Source of the DNA: an uncultured Planctomycetia bacterium
GTDB lineage: Bacteria; Omnitrophota; Gorgyraeia; JAHIPI01
DNA length: 29,924 nucleotides
Reading direction: 5' to 3'
Assembly: GCA_964365575.1 (NCBI GenBank)
Contig: CAYIQH010000001.1
Coordinates: 1 to 29,924, forward strand
The notes below the pieces were generated by a model, which was not told where the DNA came from, did no database searches, and saw nothing but the letters and a program-made list of their open reading frames with translations. Numbering within the stretch: the first letter of the stretch is position 1; each line of letters opens with the position of its first letter. The position numbers and the translations under genes are program-made. Below, in pieces: positions 18,736-26,120 of the stretch.

Positions 18736-19488
18736 TTATTTGGTTAATTTTATTTCTGAGCCCTTTGAAAGTAATATAACACAATCGGGCTGAATGTCAA
18801 TCACTTTATAATCGTCTATTACGCCTGCTATCTCGACATTAAACGTTTTCTTTGATATATTATCATACAGCAAAGCGCTTAATTTGTCGCTCAATACCGG
18901 CTTGTTAAGCAGAAAATTTATTTTGCGGCCCTCGGCATCTATCGCCTCAATCCTGTCCTTTGCGACCCTCTGTATCTTGTAGCCGTTTAATGCCCCTCCG
19001 TCTTCAACAAATTTGGTAGTGTCCTTCCAGTTTATCTGCCCGATGAGTTTGTCGGGCATCTCTATGTAACCTTTGTACATAATCGGGAGCGGGACATATC
19101 CTATCGACCGCAGGACAAAATCATGCGCAGTAACCGAAACGACACCTACGGGCGCAACTTCAGGATTATATTTTGCGAACGGGTCACGCTTTACACCTTT
19201 TGCATATGCGTCTTTGGATTCCGGGTATTCGGCTCCTTTAAGAATTCCCTCATATTTTTTTATTTCCTCAAGGCTGACGGAGGGCGATATGCGCATACTC
19301 GTAGCCGTCTCGGATATCTTCTTTTCTATGCTGTCGCGGGTACTCTTAACTGCCTTAAGCCCCACTACGGCAAGAAGCGTCACGACCCATATTGCAATGA
19401 GTGTCTTTAAAACCATCTTTTCAATATTGCTCTTGGGAAGAAGATCTGCTATCTTCTTTATGGCATCCGTTATTTTGGGAACCCTCAT
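18736..19488 (-). CDS. PilP/GspC-like bitopic protein
   Basis: N-terminal TM, RDPF motif, then beta-rich YKGYIE...GYKIQRVAKDRIEAI and a second similar segment DYKVIDIQPDCVIL; sits between the PilO-like gene and the secretin genes. Confidence 0.55.
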   Translation of the reverse strand: MRVPKITDAIKKIADLLPKSNIEKMVLKTLIAIWVVTLLAVVGLKAVKSTRDSIEKKISETATSMRISPSVSLEEIKKYEGILKGAEYPESKDAYAKGVKRDPFAKYNPEVAPVGVVSVTAHDFVLRSIGYVPLPIMYKGYIEMPDKLIGQINWKDTTKFVEDGGALNGYKIQRVAKDRIEAIDAEGRKINFLLNKPVLSDKLSALLYDNISKKTFNVEIAGVIDDYKVIDIQPDCVILLSKGSEIKLTK

Positions 19489-19509
19489 ACTTTAACCGCC
19501 CCTCGACCG

Positions 19510-20352
19510 CTAATTGATTAATTCTGCCTTAACCAGAAATGCGGCCTGAAGCCTGCTCTCCGCAGCCTGGTCCTTATCAAGCACATCCTTGGTCTTATTA
19601 ATATCAAGATCGTCCACGACGAAAATAAACGGCGAGACTTTCAGCCGGTACAGAAAATCCATCAACTTTGAATATGTGCAGGTGATCTTAAATGAAACAG
19701 CTATCTCTTCGTAAATTTTTGTTTTTCCCGGCTCGGGCGGAAGAGGCAGCGCCTCAGCTATGTTTCCGGCATTAGGCATAGGCGGCATAACCTGCGCATG
19801 GGCTTCTTCCTTTTTAACGTCTTCTCCGATAAAACTTATTTCATCGAGCGAAACCACGCCGGTAAGCGTCATCAGGTATATCAGCTCTTCCAGCACTTTG
19901 AGTCTCTTTATGAGATATGGTATTTCCATAGAGTCAGAGAGTTCTGTTTCGTATTTCGTAAACCCCAGTGAGTCGGGCAGGCCCAGAGAAAAATCCTTTG
20001 CCTCTTCGCGCAATTTTTTCTGCGTCTGTATCAGCTTCTCCTTGAACTGCAGCGAATCCATGCTCTCGGGCGGCACTTCTTCGCTGAGCGGTGACGCATG
20101 CGCTAGTTTCAATCTGCTGTATGCACTCTTGAGCTTGTTCCGTTCGTCCTCAAGAAAAGACAACGAATTCTCAGTAAGTGGCATCTTACTTTTCTTGACA
20201 AATCCGTCTATCGTCCCGCTTGTCGTCATTATCTCTTTGCCTATCTTCGCATCCTGAAGCATGAAAAAGACGAACAAGCCGATAGCAAACACGAGCGCCG
20301 CTGCCAGTATGCCTATAACAACCACTGAAAACAGGTTTCTCTTAAGTATCAC
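19510..20352 (-). CDS. PilO-like / Amuc_1100-family protein
   Basis: N-terminal TM and coiled coil, LQFKEKL...SLGFTKYETE...LKVLEELI, ferredoxin-like end ITCTYSKLMDFLYRL...FIFVVDDLDI; follows PilMN. Confidence 0.7.
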   Translation of the reverse strand: MILKRNLFSVVVIGILAAALVFAIGLFVFFMLQDAKIGKEIMTTSGTIDGFVKKSKMPLTENSLSFLEDERNKLKSAYSRLKLAHASPLSEEVPPESMDSLQFKEKLIQTQKKLREEAKDFSLGLPDSLGFTKYETELSDSMEIPYLIKRLKVLEELIYLMTLTGVVSLDEISFIGEDVKKEEAHAQVMPPMPNAGNIAEALPLPPEPGKTKIYEEIAVSFKITCTYSKLMDFLYRLKVSPFIFVVDDLDINKTKDVLDKDQAAESRLQAAFLVKAELIN

Positions 20353-21616
20353 TCTTGCCTCTCTTATCCGGAGGAACTATTTTCATTTTTATCGTGAATG
20401 CGCGTATATCTTCGGTTGACTCCTTATCCTTCAGCACATTTGCGGACTCAATTTTTACATCCGTGAAATACCCGGATTTTATCAGCATATCCTTGAAGGT
20501 GTTTATATTCTCAAATGTGCCTTCGGTCTTGCCGTTCACAGCAATATTATCTCCGTCCCGGCTTATCTCCGTAAGCCAGAGATTATCCGGCAGGATCTTC
20601 ATCATTTCCGCAATCACCCTGATCGCCTCGTCGCGTTTAGTCGAAACTTTTTCTATGAATTCCAGGCGTGCCTTCAAATCGCCCACTTCGGCCTGAAGGC
20701 TCTCTATCTCCTTATTGAAGCTTGTATACCGGTCTATGAGTGCGGATGTCTTCATAAGGCTTCTGGTCTTATCCCGGCTGCCCCACATCATAAAATGCGC
20801 CAAAGTCGCAAAAATACATATAACTACGATCAGCGATCCGAATATATACCATCTTTTTTTCTCAAACTCTTTGGATTTCAGTATCTCTCTCGGGAGAAGG
20901 TTTGTCTTAGTGCAAAGGGGCGTGACTGTCTTTAGCGCAAGCCCTATAGCGGCATCCATCCTTCTCGCCAAATTTTCCGTGGGGTGGAAATCTATATCGC
21001 TCTTTATCTTATCAAATATATTTGCCGGCCTTGTGGGTATATCGAGGTTTTCATGTATAAACCTGTCCATATTTTTGATCTTGGAAGCACCGCCCGTAAG
21101 AAGAACGTCCTTTATCACTTTAGTCTCGCCAAACTGCGACTTATAATAACCAATGGACTTTGATATGTCGCCCAGCATCTCTATCAGGACCGGATTTATC
21201 GCGTCTGATATGTCGGCGGCGTGCGGCGACAGCGTTCGCTCCTCGGAATCCATGGCGATTATGCCTTCTTTCCTCTTAATCTGCTCCGCCTCTTTAAAGC
21301 TGATCTTAAGATGCGCTGCTATGGCTTTCGTAAGGTCATTACCCCCTATGAGTATGCTTCGGGTCCATATCTTATGCTCCTCCACTATTATGATATTGGT
21401 GTTCTTTGCGCCAATATCAAGTATGAGCTTGTCTTTAATCTCTCCCACGAAGTCCAGGGCATTAAAAATTGAAAAATAGGAGACTTCAACGAAATCAGTT
21501 TCAAGGGGCGTATCCGCGAGCAGTTTCAGTTTTTCCTCTACTATATCTTTTTTCACAGCTACCAGAATTACATCCGTTTCCGGGCTGTCATACGCTTCAA
21601 AGACTCCGTAACTCAT
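20342..21616 (-). CDS. PilM C-terminal part fused to PilN (second piece of an apparently frameshifted pilM-pilN gene)
   Basis: VILVAVKK, LILDIGAKNTNI, IGGNDLTKAI, EAEQIK, ISKSIGYY, LLTGGAS (actin-like ATPase motifs), TNLLP, a TM segment, then PilN-like LPDNLWLTEI. Confidence 0.85.
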   Translation of the reverse strand: MSYGVFEAYDSPETDVILVAVKKDIVEEKLKLLADTPLETDFVEVSYFSIFNALDFVGEIKDKLILDIGAKNTNIIIVEEHKIWTRSILIGGNDLTKAIAAHLKISFKEAEQIKRKEGIIAMDSEERTLSPHAADISDAINPVLIEMLGDISKSIGYYKSQFGETKVIKDVLLTGGASKIKNMDRFIHENLDIPTRPANIFDKIKSDIDFHPTENLARRMDAAIGLALKTVTPLCTKTNLLPREILKSKEFEKKRWYIFGSLIVVICIFATLAHFMMWGSRDKTRSLMKTSALIDRYTSFNKEIESLQAEVGDLKARLEFIEKVSTKRDEAIRVIAEMMKILPDNLWLTEISRDGDNIAVNGKTEGTFENINTFKDMLIKSGYFTDVKIESANVLKDKESTEDIRAFTIKMKIVPPDKRGKSDT

Positions 21617-21972
21617 ATTACTTCATTAATGGGAAACGGCACCTGAAGCTGGGCTTCGTATTGGATGATTTGCTCGATTTTGCTTTTGGCTATCTTGGGG
21701 ATTTTTAGGAATCGTATGAAGACCGACTGGCTGGGGATGGAGAGCGCTACGCTGCCGGAATCTATCTGCTCCTCCGCAAGAAGTTTCTTGAGCTTGTCTT
21801 TGATAATGCTGGTTCTTTTCTCGGGATCGTCAAATGCGGGGTCTATGTCAAGCTCAATAAGGCAGCCTTTAGAGAGATGGTACCCATCGCGCGTCTTTTT
21901 AACTTCTACAAGCTTTATAGCGCTTTCGCCTATGTCAATTCCGAAATATCTTTTGCTCTTAAAATTCAACAT
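21613..21972 (-). CDS. pilM: PilM N-terminal fragment
   Basis: FGIDIGESAIKLVEV, VALSIPSQSVFIR, QIIQYEAQLQVPFPINEVI; stops exactly where the conserved W-x-Y is expected. Confidence 0.88.
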   Translation of the reverse strand: MLNFKSKRYFGIDIGESAIKLVEVKKTRDGYHLSKGCLIELDIDPAFDDPEKRTSIIKDKLKKLLAEEQIDSGSVALSIPSQSVFIRFLKIPKIAKSKIEQIIQYEAQLQVPFPINEVI

Positions 21973-21995
21973 TCAATATCTCGTGCTATTTTTTA

Positions 21996-22217
21996 TTAGA
22001 TTTTTTTGCTGCGCCTGGGAACGGCGTTTACCGTCTGCGACTTAAGCCATCTGTCTATGGAACTCCTGTCAAAGCGCCAGACGTGGCCTACTTTTATGCC
22101 GCTGATCTTCTTCTCGTGAAGCCAGTTGTAAATTGTCTGCTTCTCGAGTTTCAGGTACTCAGCCAGTTCCTCTATGCTCATCAGTTGCGTCATACTTACC
22201 CCCTCTGCATCACGCAT
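21996..22217 (-). CDS. Excisionase-family (HTH_17, MerR-like/BldC-like) DNA-binding protein
   Basis: LMSIEELAEYLKLEKQTIYNW...ISGIKVGHVWRFDRSSIDRWL. Probable true start is ATG 22193 (SD GAGGGG). Confidence 0.88.
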   Translation of the reverse strand: MRDAEGVSMTQLMSIEELAEYLKLEKQTIYNWLHEKKISGIKVGHVWRFDRSSIDRWLKSQTVNAVPRRSKKI

Positions 22218-22248
22218 ATGTAAACTTACTTACTCTTACTTATAACAA

Positions 22249-22277
22249 AGTATACATGTATATTCTTACTGTGTCAA
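22249..22277 (-). promoter_or_regulatory. Sigma70-type promoter for the HTH-pilM-secretin operon
   Basis: Minus strand TTGACA (22277-22272), 17-nt spacer, TATACT (22254-22249); overlapped by the perfect palindrome TATACATGTATA (22251-22262). Confidence 0.75.
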
Positions 22278-22321
22278 TAGCCGGCGTGTGATTTTTGGCA
22301 GATATGCCGGAGCGGTTACAG

Positions 22322-23473
22322 CTAAGGCAGGTGCGCTTCCATGTAATATATTTTCTGCGGACTCGAGGTAGAATATACAATCCGCGGCACATCGGATTTA
22401 TCCAGGCAGATTGACAGGCTGTCTAACTTGTCTTCGTAATAAACCGCAGGTATCTTCTGAAAAAACCACCTGATGCCGTCTTTAGCCCCGTAATACAAAT
22501 GCGGCTCTTCGAACACAGCTACATGCAGCCTGTCTCTGGAATCTATTGCGAGCGATACCCTGATTCGCTTATTTAGGTCTATTTTTTTGATCTTTTCGTA
22601 CATCCAGATACCGTTACTTCGCCTGGCAATGAAAAGATATGACTGATCGCGCACATTACCGGATAGCGCGCAATAGAGGACATTGCGCTTATCAAATTGC
22701 GCGGTACCATTCGGGTCTTCCAGCATACTGAAATTCTTATCAAGCTTTTCAAACTGCCACCCCATCGCCCCTTTATAATAATGTCTGACTCCGCCGAATT
22801 TTTGCTCGGTCATGATGTGCGGCGACGGGCTTGGGCCATGTGTAACAGCTATTGTGGCAGCTGCGGTATACATGCCATACATTTTGATATCAATAATACC
22901 AAGGCCCTCTGCCGGCCGCCATACTCCGTCATTTTTAAACCGGTAATTAATCTGCAGCCCTTTAGGCTCCAATACATTATTCCAGTAACAAACATGCGGG
23001 ATATTGTAGTCGTCAACTGCTACAGATTCGTAATTACCTGTCCATGGGCCCTGCATCTGACTCTCTATCCATTTGTCGCCCTCTTTGGTTACATACCAGA
23101 CGCCCTGCCCCCACTTAGTCGCAAACGCTATCTGGACATTCCCGTCAGTACCTATAAAAATTGAAGTTTCCGCGCATGGATTGGGCTTAGAGGCAACTCC
23201 CGTTATATGCCAACTATTCTCCTCTTTGCGCACATAATAAATTGAGGTAGAGGTTGTAGTGGCATGATAATCCTGCCCGTAACAAATATGGATAGTGCCG
23301 CTCTCGTCTATTGCTGCAGATGGATTAACGCCGCTTGCCACTTCCTCAATAGTCCATCTGTATGGCGAAAATTCGGCAAAGGCAGAATTAGATTGCGAAA
23401 AAGCCAGGTTTATTATGCTGAATATCACGAATAGGCGCGGGTAAAAGAAGGTAAATATGTTGCAGTTTCTCAA
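22322..23473 (-). CDS. Secreted beta-propeller-like hypothetical protein
   Basis: Signal peptide ending AFA; repeated blades such as SAAIDESGTIHICY, SVAVDDYNIPHVCY, SLAIDSRDRLHVAV, SICLDKSDVPRIVY; TTG start with GGTGG SD. Confidence 0.6.
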   Translation of the reverse strand: MRNCNIFTFFYPRLFVIFSIINLAFSQSNSAFAEFSPYRWTIEEVASGVNPSAAIDESGTIHICYGQDYHATTTSTSIYYVRKEENSWHITGVASKPNPCAETSIFIGTDGNVQIAFATKWGQGVWYVTKEGDKWIESQMQGPWTGNYESVAVDDYNIPHVCYWNNVLEPKGLQINYRFKNDGVWRPAEGLGIIDIKMYGMYTAAATIAVTHGPSPSPHIMTEQKFGGVRHYYKGAMGWQFEKLDKNFSMLEDPNGTAQFDKRNVLYCALSGNVRDQSYLFIARRSNGIWMYEKIKKIDLNKRIRVSLAIDSRDRLHVAVFEEPHLYYGAKDGIRWFFQKIPAVYYEDKLDSLSICLDKSDVPRIVYSTSSPQKIYYMEAHLP

Positions 23474-23636
23474 AGGACATCACCACCTTTGAACAACATG
23501 CTTTCGTCAATATAAGTATATCACATGAATGCAGTTTTTGGTAGATGGCCTACTCATTTCAGCAAGTACCCTTTTATGTCCTCTTTCTGAAACAGGTATA
23601 CATGATTATTATTGCCTTGTCGAGGGGGCGCAGTTT

Positions 23637-24308
23637 TTATGCAAGTAACCTTTGAGCCAGGCGGTGTAATTCCGGGTTTGCCAGCGCGAGAGCTTTTTTC
23701 TTTACAACCCTTGAAAAATACTCCTTCTCGGTTTTAGTCATCCTCTCCCGCCTCAGCTTCTTTAAAAATAGCTCCTTCTGCTTAGCAGAAAAAACCTGTG
23801 ATAGCGAATATTCCAGGCCAAGTTCGTCTTTGACGGAAAGCAGTTCATTCAGTTTTGCCTGCGTCTGGCTTAAAAAGTAGCTGCTGAAAACCGCCTTTAG
23901 CCGCTGCGTAGACACTTTGTGTCCCGCGGGATTTAAATCGTCATCTTTTTTGAGTTTTTTAAGGAAATCAGCGTATTCTTTTTTGCTTTTATTTACAAGC
24001 AATTTGTATAATCGGCCTGCCCACGGGAATTTTAGATTGGAAAACTTATAAAGGGCCAATGACATTGCCAGAAGCGAGGCTAAGGTTAATCTGTCGGGTC
24101 GTTTCGTTAAGTGCTGATTAAGGTTATGGTAATCGAACAATCCTCTCTCCGCGCTATTAGCCAGCACTACCGGAAAGCCCTCCCATAAGCGCAACTCTTT
24201 CGATTTGACCATATCTGCCAATGTTAAATTCGCGTCATAGTCTTCCTCTGCATCAAAAAGCGGTAATCCTAATGCGCCTACTCTTTTGAAAAGCGTATCA
24301 TTTTTCAC
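23637..24308 (-). CDS. Hypothetical partner of the nucleotidyltransferase (putative antitoxin with a C-terminal HTH-like basic region)
   Basis: The ORF track gives 23637-24476. A GTG at 24308 with GAGG upstream overlaps the upstream stop and is more plausible (about 223 aa: MKNDTLFKRVGALGLPLF...FSAKQKELFLKKLRRERMTKTEKEYFSRVVKKK). Confidence 0.6.
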   Translation of the reverse strand: MKNDTLFKRVGALGLPLFDAEEDYDANLTLADMVKSKELRLWEGFPVVLANSAERGLFDYHNLNQHLTKRPDRLTLASLLAMSLALYKFSNLKFPWAGRLYKLLVNKSKKEYADFLKKLKKDDDLNPAGHKVSTQRLKAVFSSYFLSQTQAKLNELLSVKDELGLEYSLSQVFSAKQKELFLKKLRRERMTKTEKEYFSRVVKKKALALANPELHRLAQRLLA

Positions 24309-24888
24309 CCAATAACCTCTCTTTTTTAGCCATATTGATAAAGCTATCGAATTGTTTATTAACTCTGTCTTCTGAAATATCAAAGGCAGCCGTTTCCCTG
24401 AAGCGGGATACCAATCGTCTAAAATCAATTTCGGCCCGCCTGCTTTTGAGCAATAAAAGACAATCATCAATATCAACTGTTGTCGCTCTGAATATCTTGC
24501 TTATGATGATATCATAATAATTGAGTATGCCGATATAAATACGGCTGAATTCTTTAACCGGCATGTTATTGCCTTTTTGTAACGGTGATTCAAGCAATTC
24601 CGTAGTATGTATTGCCTTACCTTTAAACAGGTCAAAAATAAATCCGCCGTCTTTCCCCCAACCTGCTCCAGTTGCCGCTTTATACCCCAACTGGCTTAGG
24701 ATGACGGTAAGATATTTGTATTCATCTATATTTGGCACCAGCAGATCAACATCTTTCGTTGACGGTTTTATGCCTAATAGTGTCAAGGCCGTCCCCCCGC
24801 AGGCAATCAGATGCACTTTCTTTTTGAGAAAGCTGTCCCACCCGCTGATAATGTCCAGCAACCATTCTTTATTTATCCTATATTCCAT
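24298..24888 (-). CDS. DUF6036-like / AbiEii-superfamily nucleotidyltransferase
   Basis: LIACGGTALTLLGIKPSTKDVDLLV matches the GG...T-x-D-x-D pol-beta-type NTase signature; DIIISKIFRA...DIDDCLLL. Confidence 0.75.
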   Translation of the reverse strand: MEYRINKEWLLDIISGWDSFLKKKVHLIACGGTALTLLGIKPSTKDVDLLVPNIDEYKYLTVILSQLGYKAATGAGWGKDGGFIFDLFKGKAIHTTELLESPLQKGNNMPVKEFSRIYIGILNYYDIIISKIFRATTVDIDDCLLLLKSRRAEIDFRRLVSRFRETAAFDISEDRVNKQFDSFINMAKKERLLGEK

Positions 24889-24927
24889 ACAATTTCTTGT
24901 ATTAATTTATACAATTACTTGCACTAA

Positions 24928-24956
24928 AGTATACAATATTTATTTGAATTTGTCAA
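24928..24956 (-). promoter_or_regulatory. Sigma70-type promoter of the NTase module
   Basis: Minus strand TTGACA (24956-24951), 17 nt, TATACT (24933-24928), 40 nt upstream of ATG 24888. Confidence 0.75.
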
Positions 24957-25109
24957 GGGTATCGGCAGGTAAGCTATGGTAGGGTGGCACTTTATAGGAT
25001 GTCACCGTATTCTACGTAGCCTATAGGCAAATTAATTCGAAACTGAGAACGACTTGATGGATACTTTCGGCAGGTAGGTTATGGTGACGTCTTCTTAGTG
25101 GACAAGCTT

Positions 25110-26120
25110 TTAATAAGTTTCTTTAAGTTTATAATATCCGTCTTTAGGATTTCGGTAGCCATCTACAATACCCCAGTGTTCTTCGATATGATTATTTAGC
25201 TCGGCTGGGTTGCCAGCTTTATCCCATTCGTCCGCCCATTCAAAAATGACGATACCTGCTAATTCGCCTTCCACAGCTCTAACTTGCCCCTGAATCGCAT
25301 CTCCTTGTGTAGAACCCTCTAGACAACTGCTATATCCCGTCTCGGCTATAATAACGGGTTTGTTATACTTCAGTGAAATTTCCTTAAATTTTTGTACTGT
25401 TTCTTTTGCCTTTTCACGGCTGAACTTACCATCCAACCAGTCGTATATCCCTACATAGACATTATATGACAAAATATCCAAGAAGCCCGCTCCTAGGCGA
25501 ATAGATTCGTCCCTATACCCTAGATTTGACCCCGTAATAGGATGATAAGGGTCGACATCCTTAATGGCTTTATATATTTCCTCAAAGAATCTATTAACTT
25601 TTTCTTCGCCATATCTTCTGATTGAATCACCTTGCTTACCAAAAGTAAAAGGCGCATCGTTCCATATATCCCATGCTAAAATGCACTTTCTATCTTTGTG
25701 GCGCTCTACATTCCTTACCGCTATGCTTTTGAGCCGTTCAAGTTCAGCGATGGAATTGAAATCCGTCCAATCGCCTGGATATACCACATTTTCTATGACC
25801 ATAATATTATGCTTCTCGGCTAGGTCAAGCATAGTATCGGGCAAAGGCCGATATGTCCGGATGGTATTGATCCCTGCTTCTTCCATTAACTGAAAATCTT
25901 TTTCTATTACTTCTTTCGGGATCTGAGAATAATGCTTTATCTTTGGATAATTTAAGGCATAGGCAACGCCCTTTATAAAAAATTCCTTACCATTGACACA
26001 AATTTTTCTGTTTTCTATGCGAATATGCGCTGCCTGAGACGATTCTTTCGCCAGAAGCGGGTAGACCTCTCCAATCAAAAGTAGGCATATCAGAATTATA
26101 ATAGTTTTATAGTTTTTCAT
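25110..26120 (-). CDS. Secreted clan GH-A TIM-barrel glycoside hydrolase (GH2/GH17/GH158-like)
   Basis: Signal peptide; NGKEFFIKGVAY, DFQLMEEAGINTIRTY, ILAWDIWNDAP (acid/base position), DILSYNVY, PVIIAETGY (nucleophile), FEWADEWDK, EEHWGIVDGYRNPK. Confidence 0.85.
   Translation of the reverse strand: MKNYKTIIILICLLLIGEVYPLLAKESSQAAHIRIENRKICVNGKEFFIKGVAYALNYPKIKHYSQIPKEVIEKDFQLMEEAGINTIRTYRPLPDTMLDLAEKHNIMVIENVVYPGDWTDFNSIAELERLKSIAVRNVERHKDRKCILAWDIWNDAPFTFGKQGDSIRRYGEEKVNRFFEEIYKAIKDVDPYHPITGSNLGYRDESIRLGAGFLDILSYNVYVGIYDWLDGKFSREKAKETVQKFKEISLKYNKPVIIAETGYSSCLEGSTQGDAIQGQVRAVEGELAGIVIFEWADEWDKAGNPAELNNHIEEHWGIVDGYRNPKDGYYKLKETY

Noticed and set aside
21613-21615. TGA recoded as Trp or Sec, or an alternative genetic code
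   Set aside because: The downstream PilM part is in a different frame, so readthrough would not join them, and TGA is a normal stop for rnhB, trmD and murA.
21996-22217. Excisionase as evidence for a prophage or ICE
   Set aside because: No integrase, att-flanked tRNA or phage genes nearby; the gene leads the pilM operon.
23474-23636. Promoter for the beta-propeller gene
   Set aside because: TATACT (23515-23520) and TTGACG (23505-23510) exist on the minus strand but in the wrong order and spacing; unsupported.
24309-24476. N-terminal extension of the 279-aa ORF as called in the track
   Set aside because: It would overlap the NTase gene by about 180 nt; GTG 24308 with an SD gives normal coupling.
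24950-25109. tRNA or att-site tRNA fragment at the putative island border
   Set aside because: No cloverleaf, T-loop (GTTCRA) or CCA end could be built on either strand.
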